Shown here in pieces: positions 40,780-51,284 of a stretch of DNA of 64,000 bases; position 1 is the stretch's first letter, and each line of letters opens with the position of its first letter. Origin of the DNA: Candidatus Geocrenenecus huangii (GTDB lineage: Archaea > Thermoproteota > Nitrososphaeria_A > Caldarchaeales > Wolframiiraptoraceae). The stretch covers positions 32,001-96,000 of the forward strand of contig JALNLM010000001.1 of NCBI GenBank assembly GCA_023254095.1, in the 5' to 3' direction. Made by a program: the position numbers and the translations under genes. Under the pieces are notes generated by a model. It was not told where the DNA came from. It saw nothing but the letters and a program-made list of their open reading frames with translations, and ran no database searches.

Positions 40780-41347
40780 GAGATGTCAAGAATCTTAGGA
40801 TTATCTGGTTGAGGCTATTCGAAAAAATAGGGACTATAGTAAGTGTTTAGGGATGAACGTTATATCGTATAGCCCTCGAGCTAGACCTGAAGATGCTGCG
40901 AAAATAGGTGTCAAGCTCGTGTCACTGGAGGAACTCCTAAAAAACTCCGATATCATAGTGTTAACTACATCATACTCTCCTGAAAAGTATCATTTAATAA
41001 ACGAAGAAAGACTAAGAATCATGAAGAAGAATAGCTATTTAATAAATGTAGCACGAGGCGAGCTAATTGATGAAGAAGCATTAGCTAAAGCATTGCAGGA
41101 GAATTGGATAGCTGGAGCTGCATTAGATGTCATGGAGAAAGAACCTCCTTCACCCGATAATAAGCTATTACAGCTTGACAATATCGTCATCACGCATCAT
41201 ACAGCATCTCATACACTAGAAGCTCTTAAGAATATGGGAGACATAGTTACTGAGAATATCCTTCTAGCCCTGGAAGGGAAAACACCAAAGAATATCGCTA
41301 ACCCAGAAGTTCTCGAAAAGCCTAATCTTAGAATAAAAATAAGGTAG
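40780..41347 (+). pseudogene. truncated D-2-hydroxyacid dehydrogenase
   Basis: ORF 40853-41347 has SDIIVL, LINVARG, AGAALDV..EP, THH; upstream Rossmann motif decayed (KNLRIIWLR, frameshifted); N-terminal domain absent. Confidence 0.8.
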
Positions 41348-41480
41348 AACATCTTCTCTCATTGCTTTACTGGGAGAGAACATGCGCTCCGGATAAATGT
41401 CTAAGTTAACAGTTTAGAAGAAATTTGGAGAAGACCACAGCCTGATGAAATTTAATTGTAGTTACGCATGAATCAAACAA

Positions 41481-41747
41481 CTACAACACATGCGTGAAAA
41501 ATACTGTTATCAACACTGTGGAAAATGCTGATGATGCAATCTACTTGTATACCCTGGAATATTCAGGCCTATAGTATTCCACCGTCATAACCAGACAAGG
41601 ATGAAAAGGGCTAAGAAGGTGGCCTACATATACTCCTAGGAATGGGTAGATGAATAGTTGGGCTGGTAAAGAAGTCCCTAATATCGAGAAAGATAAAGCC
41701 ATGCTAACCAACTCTATTCCTATTACAAACTGGGTTTGAATATATCC
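41481..41747 (-). pseudogene. C-terminal remnant of DUF401-family membrane protein
   Basis: Manual translation: ...FLGVYVGHLLSPFHPCLVMTVEYYRPEYSRVYK*IASS...; matches the DUF401 G.llSP.H.Cl..t.eY motif; internal TAG at 41541-43. Confidence 0.7.
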
Positions 41748-41815
41748 TTATTATCGGATTTCTATAGCATGTCATTGAATTTTGAATCTGTGTCAATTAT
41801 GTGAGGGTTAGAATT

Positions 41816-42109
41816 TTATGCTTTCTGAATCATTTTCGAGATATCTATCATGATCTCATCTAAGGTCTTTGAGAACTCTTCCTCATCTGCCAGCACTAGG
41901 CTTCTGGCTTTTTCTATCTTTTTTCTTATTTCAGAGAGTTCTTGTATCTCCCCGAATTTTCTTATGATTATGTTGATTGTCTTCTCGGCTGCATCGATCA
42001 ATCTGAGAGAACCATATATTGGAGGTTCATCTAGGCATCCTCTAGCAGACGCTAACAGGAAGGCTAGTAGCTGGAAATTTTCATCTTCCAGGATGTTTTC
42101 CGTAGCCAT
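41816..42109 (-). CDS. small helical protein (DUF6092-like)
   Basis: FQLLAFLLASARG..DEP..YG..RLIDAA; overlaps nitroreductase 3' end. Confidence 0.7.
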   Translation of the reverse strand: MATENILEDENFQLLAFLLASARGCLDEPPIYGSLRLIDAAEKTINIIIRKFGEIQELSEIRKKIEKARSLVLADEEEFSKTLDEIMIDISKMIQKA

Positions 42110-42608
42110 TTAGATGCACCACTTCTTCTAATGGTCTCCTAGCGGGAGGACTTGGCCATTCACTTGGGTAGCCTAAACTGATCATTAAAACTGGGTCGAC
42201 TTCTTCAGATATATTGAGTAGATGTTTTAAGCCCAGCTTATTAAAAGATGCGATTGGGCAAGACCCTAAACCTAGAGAATAAGCCATCAACATCATGTTT
42301 TGCGCAGCCATCGAGATATCCATAACGGCTAAGCTTTCACCCTGCCTCCCAGCTTTCTCTGATTTCTTCTTGTTGACACATAAGATCACTAAAGCCTTCG
42401 GGAAACCATACAGTCCAGGAGATAAAAGCTTAATCTTCTTAATTAGTGTAGCATCATCAATTAATATGAATTCCCAAGGCTGAATATTGCTTCCTGAAGG
42501 CGCCCATATCCCTGCTTCGAGAATAGTTATCAAATGTTCACGGCTTACCTCCTTATCTAGGAAGCTTCTAACAGATCTTCTACCCTTTATAATATTCATC
42601 AAGTCCAT
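42081..42608 (-). CDS. nitroreductase-family protein
   Basis: RRSVR.F, WAPSGSNIQPW, AAQNMML.A..LGLGSC, LGYP. Confidence 0.93.
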   Translation of the reverse strand: MDLMNIIKGRRSVRSFLDKEVSREHLITILEAGIWAPSGSNIQPWEFILIDDATLIKKIKLLSPGLYGFPKALVILCVNKKKSEKAGRQGESLAVMDISMAAQNMMLMAYSLGLGSCPIASFNKLGLKHLLNISEEVDPVLMISLGYPSEWPSPPARRPLEEVVHLNGYGKHPGR

Positions 42609-42813
42609 ACCGTAAACCTCATCGAGTTACTTTATTTCTGACAAGATAAACATTTCCAATATTCTGATTTCGACGAAGCTGGAATATCCTATTCTAGTAC
42701 GACTAAATACTAAAATGTCCTAAATGTTTCTTCTCAAAAAGACTTATTAGAAGCAGAGAAACATCTTAAGAGTGTTGAGAGGTAAGGATAAGGAGTGTAG
42801 TCGAGGTTCCAGT

Positions 42814-43065
42814 ATGAGTAGCTCGGCTTTACCTAGTAGGGAACAAGCAAAGACCATTCGTGATTTAAGGGAGAGCCTTGAATTGATAGTTTCTGGAACG
42901 GGCTTGGTTCATACTGAGTATGGAGGATTCATGATTGAAGTCATAGATTTCGCACGTTTCCCCTACGGTGATGTTATTACAACCTTGATAAAACATGGTT
43001 TCGAGATTTGGATCACTCTAAGAGATGACAGGCCACAAATAATTGCTTGTGTCAAAGGAGATTAA
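42814..43065 (+). CDS. hypothetical protein
   Basis: 83-aa ORF with GAGGT upstream of ATG 42814. Confidence 0.55.
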   Translation: MSSSALPSREQAKTIRDLRESLELIVSGTGLVHTEYGGFMIEVIDFARFPYGDVITTLIKHGFEIWITLRDDRPQIIACVKGD

Positions 43066-44462
43066 GCAGACATTAAAGGAAGCTGGATCAACACGATTAA
43101 CATAGCAAGTAAGACTGTAGGTATTGTGACCGCGACCCCGTAGGGTATCCAGTATCTTAAAGTAAGATGTACACCTATTCTTTTCTCCAATGTACCGATC
43201 GCGACGATGTTAGCCGTACTACCAATAAGCGTTAAATTACCCCAGAATGTCCCCGTAAATAGAAGTGACCACCAAAGTGGATAATTATTTACGCCTAGCT
43301 CTCCTATTGTTTGGATAATCGGTATCCATGTAGCAACTGCTAGAACATTATCCATGAAAGCTGTCATTATCCCCCCAGCAAGAAAAACACTCAATATAAT
43401 GTTTTCGAGCACCCCGTTTGTCGAATTATATATTATCTCTGCTAATACTTTTACGGTTCCAACATGCTTCAATGTGCCTACACTTGCAAAGAATATCAAA
43501 AAGAAGATTAGCGTCCACCAATCAATCCTTCTCTCTACGATCTCCCTCGCATGCTCCTTCTCTAAGAAGAGTACTATTCCAGCAAAGAAGAAAGGTATTC
43601 CTAGTAGCATGGAATTCTTAGTAAGTCCGAGTAATTCTTCTAATGGTGTATGGAATACTAGACCTAGGATGGTGGCAAGAAATATTAAAGCAGGTATACG
43701 TATATCAGGCGCCTCTTTAACAACCTCTTCCATTTCCTCAATTTTGGCTCTTTCATTTCTTACCGCCTTCTCCAGTTCCGTTATCTCTTTCTTGAACACT
43801 ATACGGCATATGACTAAAACCAGGAATAAAGAGATTATAGCTGTCGGCGTAGCCCATCTGAGAAACTCCGTGAAGCTTAATTTTGCATTGAAAGCTATCA
43901 TTACTCCTACAGGGTTTCCGACGACTGTCGCAGAACTTCCTATGTTTGTTGCAAATATAGACATGACAATGAAGGGGACGGGATTAATCTTATACCTTGA
44001 AGTATAGTCTAGGATCACTGCAACCATTATTAATATAGAAGTAACCTCATCTACTAGCGCAGCGAGAAGAGCTGACATCACCAAGAAAAAGATCATGACT
44101 ATGTTAGGTCTATCTCCAGTAAACCTCACGACCCTATCAATTAGCACTTCGAAGAATCTTTTTTCCTCAAGGTATCCGACTATAACCATCATAGAGGCAA
44201 GGAAAAGAATTGTATCGAGTTGCGCGAAATCCTTAATCGATCTTACATCTATCAAATTTACACCTAACATGAAAGATAAGGCAATAAACGCGAAGAGAAC
44301 TCTATATCTCCAAAACATCAAAGTTGCACCGACCATACTTCCTAACACTAGGAGAGAGAACATCTGTAGATTATTCAAGCCTAAAAGATTCGAAAGTAAG
44401 ATTAGACTTATAAGCAGGCCTACAAACTTAACCACCTGACCAGGGAACTTCATGCTCATCAC
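43062..44462 (-). CDS. ArsB/NhaD/SLC13 (ion transporter superfamily) permease
   Basis: ALVDEVT, TNIGSSATVVGNP, IDWWTLIFF, FMDNV, GNLTLIGSTAN. Confidence 0.9.
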   Translation of the reverse strand: MMSMKFPGQVVKFVGLLISLILLSNLLGLNNLQMFSLLVLGSMVGATLMFWRYRVLFAFIALSFMLGVNLIDVRSIKDFAQLDTILFLASMMVIVGYLEEKRFFEVLIDRVVRFTGDRPNIVMIFFLVMSALLAALVDEVTSILIMVAVILDYTSRYKINPVPFIVMSIFATNIGSSATVVGNPVGVMIAFNAKLSFTEFLRWATPTAIISLFLVLVICRIVFKKEITELEKAVRNERAKIEEMEEVVKEAPDIRIPALIFLATILGLVFHTPLEELLGLTKNSMLLGIPFFFAGIVLFLEKEHAREIVERRIDWWTLIFFLIFFASVGTLKHVGTVKVLAEIIYNSTNGVLENIILSVFLAGGIMTAFMDNVLAVATWIPIIQTIGELGVNNYPLWWSLLFTGTFWGNLTLIGSTANIVAIGTLEKRIGVHLTLRYWIPYGVAVTIPTVLLAMLIVLIQLPLMSA

Positions 44463-44513
44463 TTAGTAACTATAATCATTCAGACACCTTATCTCTTAAT
44501 TTTACTTATGAGA

Positions 44514-44587
44514 TGGGCCCGGTGGGATTCGAACCCACGACCAACGGGTTATGAGCCCGCTGCTCTACCAGGCTGAGCTACGGGCCC
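44514..44587 (-). tRNA. tRNA with CAT anticodon, probably tRNA-Ile2 (TiaS substrate)
   Basis: GGGCCCG acceptor typical of archaeal Ile tRNAs; GCGGG-CTCATAA-CCCGT; discriminator A. Confidence 0.88.
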
Positions 44588-44718
44588 TATTCTCTACATG
44601 TTTACTGGTTGAATTTAATTGTTATCCGTATCCTACCGAGGTAGCGTCCCTATTTTACTTTTCCATCGTTTTAGCTTGTTGAAGTTTAAATTTGGATGTT
44701 TCAACATAATTTTCAAAG

Positions 44719-45768
44719 TTGAGAATCGCTGTAGTAGGGGTTGGTGTAGCAGGTTCATATCTTCTATCCAGGCTTAGAGACCAGTATAGAGTTGATGGAT
44801 ACGAGATGCTTGCCCGTTCCAGGTACTTCCCTATCTGCGCCTGGGGTACTTCAAGAAACATGATGAAGAATTTCGCGAACAAAGTTGGTTTAAACTTTGA
44901 AGAATATATACTACATACCGGTAAAGAGTTGATAGTTGATCTCGGTAGAGAACTCCACCACATAAAGTTGAGAGGACTTTGTACATTTGATAAGAAGAGA
45001 TTCGAGGAAGACTTGTTAGAAGACTGTGAAGTAAGATTTGGGAGTAGAATAACATCTATGCCAGACGGATATGACTTAGTAATCGATTCAACTGGATTCA
45101 ATAGATCTCTTTTACCAAAAGTGAAGAATGATTATTTTATCCCAACAGTAGAATATCGTGTTAAATTCAGTAATCCACCTTTCGACGATTTCTACATCAA
45201 GCCATTTAGAGAACTTTCTGGATATCTTTGGTACTTCCCTCTAGGTGGAAACCTGTATCATGTCGGCGCAGGCGACTACTTCAAAAGACATTCCAGAACT
45301 GTTGATGAATTCGTTAAGAAGTATGGTGGAGAAGTTCTAATGAAGATCGGTAGACCAGTAAGGATTACTCCTCCTTTGTATTGTCAGCCAATATATATGG
45401 AAAAGATAGTAGGAGTAGGTGAATCGATCGGAACAGTATTTCCAATGTTGGGAGAGGGAATAATTCCAAGCCTATATTCTGCGGAGGCCTTGGTCGAGAA
45501 CCTTTACAATATTGAAAGATACAGGAAAACCATTCTACGGATGTTTAAGCCATTTGGCACAGTCTTCGAGTTCATCCATAGAGCATTGACTCGAAACATA
45601 GACCTTAAGAGGGATTGGTTCATCCTATTCAAGATATATCTACATATGCGGTTTAGAGAGGAAAGATATGGCGTTCAAGCAAGGATAAGAGACTTCCTAA
45701 AAGTAGTTGGCGCTGCACGTCAAAGTAATATAATGTTTTGTGAGAAGCGTTCATCAGTAGAAGTGTAA
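44719..45768 (+). CDS. geranylgeranyl reductase-like FAD oxidoreductase
   Basis: GVGVAG, ICAWG, GYLWYFP, VGESIGTVFPMLGEGI. Confidence 0.82.
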   Translation: MRIAVVGVGVAGSYLLSRLRDQYRVDGYEMLARSRYFPICAWGTSRNMMKNFANKVGLNFEEYILHTGKELIVDLGRELHHIKLRGLCTFDKKRFEEDLLEDCEVRFGSRITSMPDGYDLVIDSTGFNRSLLPKVKNDYFIPTVEYRVKFSNPPFDDFYIKPFRELSGYLWYFPLGGNLYHVGAGDYFKRHSRTVDEFVKKYGGEVLMKIGRPVRITPPLYCQPIYMEKIVGVGESIGTVFPMLGEGIIPSLYSAEALVENLYNIERYRKTILRMFKPFGTVFEFIHRALTRNIDLKRDWFILFKIYLHMRFREERYGVQARIRDFLKVVGAARQSNIMFCEKRSSVEV

Positions 45769-45777
45769 GAGTGATAT

Positions 45778-46914
45778 TCATCCTGACAAGATCCTCTCTA
45801 ATATCCTGGAATATATCTTTGAGGCTCTATCTAGCTCACATATTTCGATAGATTCATCAATAGTGTGTGCTTGTTCTATTCTTCCTGGACCTAGAATAAT
45901 TGTAGGTATTCTTGCTTGATTGACTATGAAGCTCATATCACATGTAGCTTTGAAACCTTTCACATTTCTTCTCATTCCTAATATTTCTAATATCGATTGC
46001 TGCGCTACTTTTACTAAGAAGTTCCTTCTCGGAGTTTCCGCTGATGGAATGTAATTCACCACTCTGATATGATAGTTATCTCTAGGTACGTCTCTCCTTA
46101 CTATCTTCTCCAAACTTCTAATTGTTTTGTCGAGCTTCATCGATGGAGGCATCCTCACGTCTAGGGTTATCGTACATTTATCTGGGATAACGTTATCCTT
46201 AATCCCGCCTCTAATCATGGTGACAGTATAAGTTGGATATCCTAAGAGAACGTGTTTCTCTCCAAGTTTTACTGTTTGAATTCTTTCTATAAATCTAGAC
46301 GCATAATATATTGCATTTACGCCCTTAGAAGGTGTACTCGCATGCGTTGAACGTCCATGAAAATCTACTTCAATCACTAGTCTACCTTTGTGAGCTGTAC
46401 AAACACTCAATGAAGTTGGTTCTCCAACTATTGCGTAGTCTGTTCTTAAACCGCTTGCAACCAACTTCTTAGTACCTTTACCTTCGACTTCTTCATCTGC
46501 TACAGCAGCAAGGATTATCCTACCTTTAATCGGCCAGCCTTTATCAGCGAGCTCTCTTAATGCCCCGAGAAAAGCGGCCAAGATACCTTTAGCGTCTACG
46601 GCTCCTCTACCATATATTCTGCCTCCTCTTATTTCTCCACTAAATGGGGGGAAACTCCATTTTTCTCTATCTCCGGCTGGAACAGTATCTAGATGGGTAT
46701 TCAGCATTATGGAGGGGTGCTGATATTCTTCTCCATATACTCCAATAACATTGGCCCTAGACTCTTCAAATCTATCGATCGTAGTCTTCATGCCTATTTT
46801 TGCTAATTCATCTGCTATGAAGCTAGCTGTTTCAAATTCTCTTCCGGGAGGATTCTCACTATTAATCCTAATCAATTTAGATGCGATGTTTACGACGTAA
46901 TTAAGTGCAGCCAT
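45778..46914 (-). CDS. M20 metallopeptidase, ArgE/DapE family
   Basis: HLDTV, GRGAVDAKG, DEE, GEPT, AHTIDE. Confidence 0.92.
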   Translation of the reverse strand: MAALNYVVNIASKLIRINSENPPGREFETASFIADELAKIGMKTTIDRFEESRANVIGVYGEEYQHPSIMLNTHLDTVPAGDREKWSFPPFSGEIRGGRIYGRGAVDAKGILAAFLGALRELADKGWPIKGRIILAAVADEEVEGKGTKKLVASGLRTDYAIVGEPTSLSVCTAHKGRLVIEVDFHGRSTHASTPSKGVNAIYYASRFIERIQTVKLGEKHVLLGYPTYTVTMIRGGIKDNVIPDKCTITLDVRMPPSMKLDKTIRSLEKIVRRDVPRDNYHIRVVNYIPSAETPRRNFLVKVAQQSILEILGMRRNVKGFKATCDMSFIVNQARIPTIILGPGRIEQAHTIDESIEICELDRASKIYSRILERILSG

Positions 46915-47016
46915 ACCCTTATTCGCATATAATATAAAGAATTATTCGTAGAAATATATTGTTCCCTGGTAATACTGATGTTCTCCGACCTTTTCTGAAT
47001 TTGTCGATAAAGTCCT

Positions 47017-47259
47017 TTACTCTCGTCTTGTCTCTACGGTTACTTCTAATTTACTAGCTTCTTTCTCGATCTCCGGTGGAACCCTCACAACTTTCGTATT
47101 TCTTAGAGATTTCTTCTTTCTAGGCGAATTTCTCAATAATATTCCACAGTAAGGACATCGTACACTTTCTGTCAAATAGTAGACTCTACATCTTGAACAG
47201 TACTTGTAGCCGTTGGCGTAGCTCCTTCTTAAAGACATTTTCGGTTGCTCCAACAACAT
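47017..47259 (-). CDS. small basic zinc-ribbon protein
   Basis: YCSRC...RCPYCG..LR.SPRKKK. Confidence 0.75.
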   Translation of the reverse strand: MLLEQPKMSLRRSYANGYKYCSRCRVYYLTESVRCPYCGILLRNSPRKKKSLRNTKVVRVPPEIEKEASKLEVTVETRRE

Positions 47260-47347
47260 TCTTCTCCCGCCTCCGCTATATGAGTGTAACTACACTCTCA
47301 TAAATCTTATCTAATAGATGTATATAGGTCTATATAGGCGAAGGAGC

Positions 47348-48385
47348 TTGGAGGCCAGTAAACAATATAGGAGAATCCAGCAAGTAGGTGAGGGAACATA
47401 CAGTATAACGCTCCCTAAGCATTGGATTGTCGAGAAGGGATTAAAGAAAGGTGATCTACTGACTGTTATTGAAGAATCTGATGGTTCTTTGAAGATCCAG
47501 CCGCCGGTCAAATTTCAGAAAGAGTTATCGGCGACCATTAACGCTGAGCTATGTACTTCATCTGTACAGCTTACCAGGATGATAATTGGATGCTACGTCC
47601 AAGGATACGATGTTGTTAAGATACAATCGATGAAAGGTTTTACAGGGGAGCAGCTAGAAGAGATATCGAAGACTATTGATAGATTGCCAGCTTTCGAGAT
47701 AGTTGAACATAACCCTCAGAGAATAGTGATCCAGAGCTTCATAGATCCTGGGAGATTCCCGATAGAAGGATTGTTGAAGAGGTTCCAAGTTATGGTTTCA
47801 TCGATGTTGAGCCAACTTGCAGACTTGCTAAGCATGGGTGATGAAAACATTATAAAGAGTATCGAGAAACAGGAAGAAAGGGTAGATGAATTATACTTCC
47901 TTATAGTAAGACTGCTCTTTACTTATCTGAGGAGGAGGGAACTGGGGAAGGTTCTCGGCATAGATAGCCCAATCTACGTAGTCGGAGCGAGATTGGTGAC
48001 CAAGTCTCTTGAAGAGATCGCAGATTATGTCTATGATGTTTCAATGGAATGCTTAAACTTGAGGAGAAGAGGGTTATGGCTTGATAAGAACACTACTGTG
48101 GAGCTTTCCAAGAATGCAGAGAGAATTCAAGATATATTTGATAAGTGTATGACGGCTTTCTTCAGCTTAGAGATCAATGTTGCTGATGAGGTGCTCAACG
48201 AGATCAGTGAAAGTATTACCTTAAGTAAGGCTGGTCAAGTACTGGCAGGAGATCCAAGAATTCTCCCATCGGCCAGATATATCTCATGGGCTCTTGGATA
48301 CATAGCTAATGAATGCAAAGTTATCGCTGAAATAGTCTTTAACAGATTTGTTAGAGAAGATACACCTATATGCAGTACTAGCTAA
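47348..48385 (+). CDS. AbrB-PhoU phosphate uptake regulator
   Basis: RRIQQVG..TYSITLPK.W AbrB domain; E..VDELYFL and LEEIAD PhoU repeats; AGGAG before TTG 47348. Confidence 0.9.
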   Translation: MEASKQYRRIQQVGEGTYSITLPKHWIVEKGLKKGDLLTVIEESDGSLKIQPPVKFQKELSATINAELCTSSVQLTRMIIGCYVQGYDVVKIQSMKGFTGEQLEEISKTIDRLPAFEIVEHNPQRIVIQSFIDPGRFPIEGLLKRFQVMVSSMLSQLADLLSMGDENIIKSIEKQEERVDELYFLIVRLLFTYLRRRELGKVLGIDSPIYVVGARLVTKSLEEIADYVYDVSMECLNLRRRGLWLDKNTTVELSKNAERIQDIFDKCMTAFFSLEINVADEVLNEISESITLSKAGQVLAGDPRILPSARYISWALGYIANECKVIAEIVFNRFVREDTPICSTS

Positions 48386-49518
48386 TGAGGCCTGTTAGAG
48401 ATCTTCATTAGGAATATTAACGGTGAAGCTGACAAGATTATGAGAGAGGTAATGGTGAAAGCAATCGAGACATTGAGATGATCTAATAGTAAGCCGATGA
48501 AAGGTGGTACAACGATAAAACTTAGACCTATTATACTCTCGAGAAAACCAATCGATATACTTCTATATCCTGATTCTACTTTTTTACTTATTAAGCTGAA
48601 GGATGCTACAAAATAAGCTCCATTAATGAGTCCCGCAATCGTTAAAGTGGGGAAAATTATCTCTGGTAGAGCATATACGTGGAGGAATATCACAAGAGAC
48701 TGCAAAACTAGTGATAGAATCAGGATTTTAGCTTCATCTATTATTTCAAGCCTGCTCACCAGCATGTATGCAGCCGTCCTCGCTACCCCGAATACCGTGA
48801 ATAATGCTCCAACCATGAAGTTACTCCATCCAGATTCATATAAGTATGAAGGAGAGATGAGAATATAGCAAGCCATACCTATCGTAAAGAAGAAGACCAT
48901 AACATATAGAGGCCAGATACTAGTTAATCCTCCTGCTTTAAAGCTGATCTTGATACTTTCCCTCAAACGTAGCTCCCCCATCAAATAGATAAATGGGATA
49001 GCCAGAGCACATACTATTCCCGAAATAGCGAATAACATTCTAAGGCTAGTTAATTCAGCGATTACTCCTCCTAGAATAGGGCCTACAAAGTAGGCGGTAG
49101 ACCATGAAGTCGAAAAACTGGAGTATACTTTCCACCTCGAGTTCTCTGGGAAGAATTCAGCTATGATAGATTCTGCAATAGGCCAGTAGAACACTAACGA
49201 TACTCCGAGCAGAAAGTTTGCTATTCCTATCTCTATGTAGTTATGCGAAAAAGCTAGAGATAGGAGCCCTATGAAGGATAGAAATGAGCTGAAAAGATAC
49301 AATTTCCTCATATCATGTTTACCCATGACCAGTCCTATCAGTATTGGCAGAACTGCGTAGGGAGTTGACCTAACACTTCCAATAACTCCGACTATAGTAT
49401 AGCCGGCTCCGAGTCCCTGAAGAAATATTGGTATGAAGTAAGCTGGGCTGGATAATCCAAGCCCTATTATAAAAGCGGAGATATGTAATTTTAATTCAAG
49501 AGAAGACATCTTTCTCAA
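48382..49518 (-). CDS. MFS transporter
   Basis: About 12 hydrophobic segments; GPILGG motif. Confidence 0.85.
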   Translation of the reverse strand: MRKMSSLELKLHISAFIIGLGLSSPAYFIPIFLQGLGAGYTIVGVIGSVRSTPYAVLPILIGLVMGKHDMRKLYLFSSFLSFIGLLSLAFSHNYIEIGIANFLLGVSLVFYWPIAESIIAEFFPENSRWKVYSSFSTSWSTAYFVGPILGGVIAELTSLRMLFAISGIVCALAIPFIYLMGELRLRESIKISFKAGGLTSIWPLYVMVFFFTIGMACYILISPSYLYESGWSNFMVGALFTVFGVARTAAYMLVSRLEIIDEAKILILSLVLQSLVIFLHVYALPEIIFPTLTIAGLINGAYFVASFSLISKKVESGYRSISIGFLESIIGLSFIVVPPFIGLLLDHLNVSIAFTITSLIILSASPLIFLMKISNRPH

Positions 49519-49558
49519 GGACGATCTCTCCCTGACATGTCTCCGTCAGACCTACCAA

Positions 49559-49702
49559 CTAGTACAATTCACATAATATGTATGCTAGGAAAGCAGCGAT
49601 AATCATTGCTGAATAATCAGATAAGGTACTCCAGTTAACTAATACTCCTACACTTATTATGGTGACTGCGATTAACCTCTTCAACAACTTTGAAATATTC
49701 AT
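49559..49702 (-). CDS. small two-helix membrane protein (47 aa)
   Basis: Below ORF-track cutoff: MNISKLLKRLIAVTIISVGVLVNWSTLSDYSAMIIAAFLAYILCELY; TTTATA about 25 nt upstream. Confidence 0.55.
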   Translation of the reverse strand: MNISKLLKRLIAVTIISVGVLVNWSTLSDYSAMIIAAFLAYILCELY

Positions 49703-49792
49703 GAATTATCTCAGATTTCTTCATCATATAAACTTATAAAGGAAAAACCTCTATTAACTCGAGGATAATGAAGAGATTTATAAATAGTCGAT

Positions 49793-50452
49793 CTACATCT
49801 TCTCGCTCTCTCTATACAATCCCCTATCACCGACAAATGGGTTATAGATTTTCTCTACACCTATAGTTGTTGATGGGCCATGACCTGGATATACCGAGTA
49901 ATCTTCTGGCAGACTTAGCAGTTTATTTAATGAGTTGAGAAGCTGCCTTAGATTTCCTCCAGGTAGATCATGTCTACCGACTGCGCCGGCAAATAGTGTA
50001 TCTCCCGTAAACACTGCGCCATCTAAGACGTAAGACACGCTTCCAGGAGTATGTCCTGGAGTATGCAAAACCTTTATCTCGCTACCGCCTATTTTCACTA
50101 TATCTCCATCCTTTATGTATTCATCAGGAGCAGGGGGTTCAAGGCATCTTTCTCCAGTGATCTCTTTACAGGCTATCGTGGCCTTCATGAGTATGTCTAA
50201 GTCTTCTCTATGGATATAGAACTTGCATTCCAGGTATTCTTTGAGTTCTCTAACCGCTAATACATGGTCGAAGTGCCCATGTGTAGCATATATCGCTTTT
50301 ACCTCAACCCTGTTCCTTTCAATATTCTTGAAAATCTTTTCTGCTTCATCTCCAGCATCTATCAAGATACCTTCTCTTATTACTGGATCAAAGACCAAGT
50401 AGGAATTACTCATCAATAGCCCAACTATTATCCTGTCGACCATCAACATCAA
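49793..50452 (-). CDS. MBL-fold hydrolase (glyoxalase II-like)
   Basis: THGHFDH, HTPGHTPG, FTGDTLF, PGHG. Confidence 0.93.
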   Translation of the reverse strand: MMLMVDRIIVGLLMSNSYLVFDPVIREGILIDAGDEAEKIFKNIERNRVEVKAIYATHGHFDHVLAVRELKEYLECKFYIHREDLDILMKATIACKEITGERCLEPPAPDEYIKDGDIVKIGGSEIKVLHTPGHTPGSVSYVLDGAVFTGDTLFAGAVGRHDLPGGNLRQLLNSLNKLLSLPEDYSVYPGHGPSTTIGVEKIYNPFVGDRGLYRESEKM

Positions 50453-50569
50453 TTGGCGCCCCCTAATGACTACGTTATCATCGAGATTTATTCATTTACC
50501 TTGATTAAAACGTGTGTGGGTAGTTCGACAAAGCTTAAATTCCGAGTAGAGATATCGTTGGTGGATGTT

Positions 50570-51124
50570 TTGAAGCCTACTGATATTTTGAAGAATGAGC
50601 ATGTCGAGATAAAGAAGGCACTCTCAATATTGAACGTCATAGTAGAGAAGATAGAATCATCGGAAAAAGTCTCTATAGAGGACCTAGAGAAGATCATCAA
50701 TTTCATCAGAATATTCGCTGATAAGTGTCATCATGGAAAAGAAGAGAAGATTCTTTTTCCAAAGCTAGAGGAGGCCGGCATTCCCAGATATGGCGGTCCG
50801 ATCGGCGTGATGTTGATGGAGCATGAAGAAGGTAGGAGATACGTTAAGAATATGGTTGAAAACATTGAGAATCTCAAGAAAGGAGTGGAGACGGCTCTGG
50901 ACATTTTTAAGGATAATGCAGTAAATTACGTGGCCTTACTAGAGAATCACATCTGGAAAGAAGACAACATACTGTTCCATTTAGCTGACCAACATATTTC
51001 TCCAAGCAAGCAAGAAGAGTTACTCCTCATATTTGAAGAGTTTGAAGAAAAAATCATTGGGGAAGAACACGAGAAGCAGCTCGAAGCACTCAGGAAGCTC
51101 GAGGAAACATATCTGAAAAAATAG
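50570..51124 (+). CDS. hemerythrin/HHE-domain protein
   Basis: EH, DKCHHGKEE..LFP, MLMEHEEGR, HIWKEDNILF; start uncertain. Confidence 0.9.
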   Translation: MKPTDILKNEHVEIKKALSILNVIVEKIESSEKVSIEDLEKIINFIRIFADKCHHGKEEKILFPKLEEAGIPRYGGPIGVMLMEHEEGRRYVKNMVENIENLKKGVETALDIFKDNAVNYVALLENHIWKEDNILFHLADQHISPSKQEELLLIFEEFEEKIIGEEHEKQLEALRKLEETYLKK

Positions 51125-51284
51125 TTATCAAATTCTGATAATCAAATTCTACGATTACGTTCATAAAATATTGCTGAGAACATGTTGAAGACTTTATCCC
51201 AGCTGGTAAAGGTATTATCCAGCATCGCATGTTTCTCACTAAATAGAGAAACTTAATAATCACTGAGTATGTGATATTTCCAGT

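Noticed and set aside
40600-44587. Similar 3' ends of tRNA-Lys and tRNA-Ile2 as possible att repeats
   Set aside because: Both are complete tRNAs; the similarity is ordinary tRNA conservation with mismatches
49711-49727. Minus-strand ATGATGA-agaaat-CTGA K-loop-like motif
   Set aside because: Directly abuts the TATA box, so probably upstream of the transcript start; no guide regions
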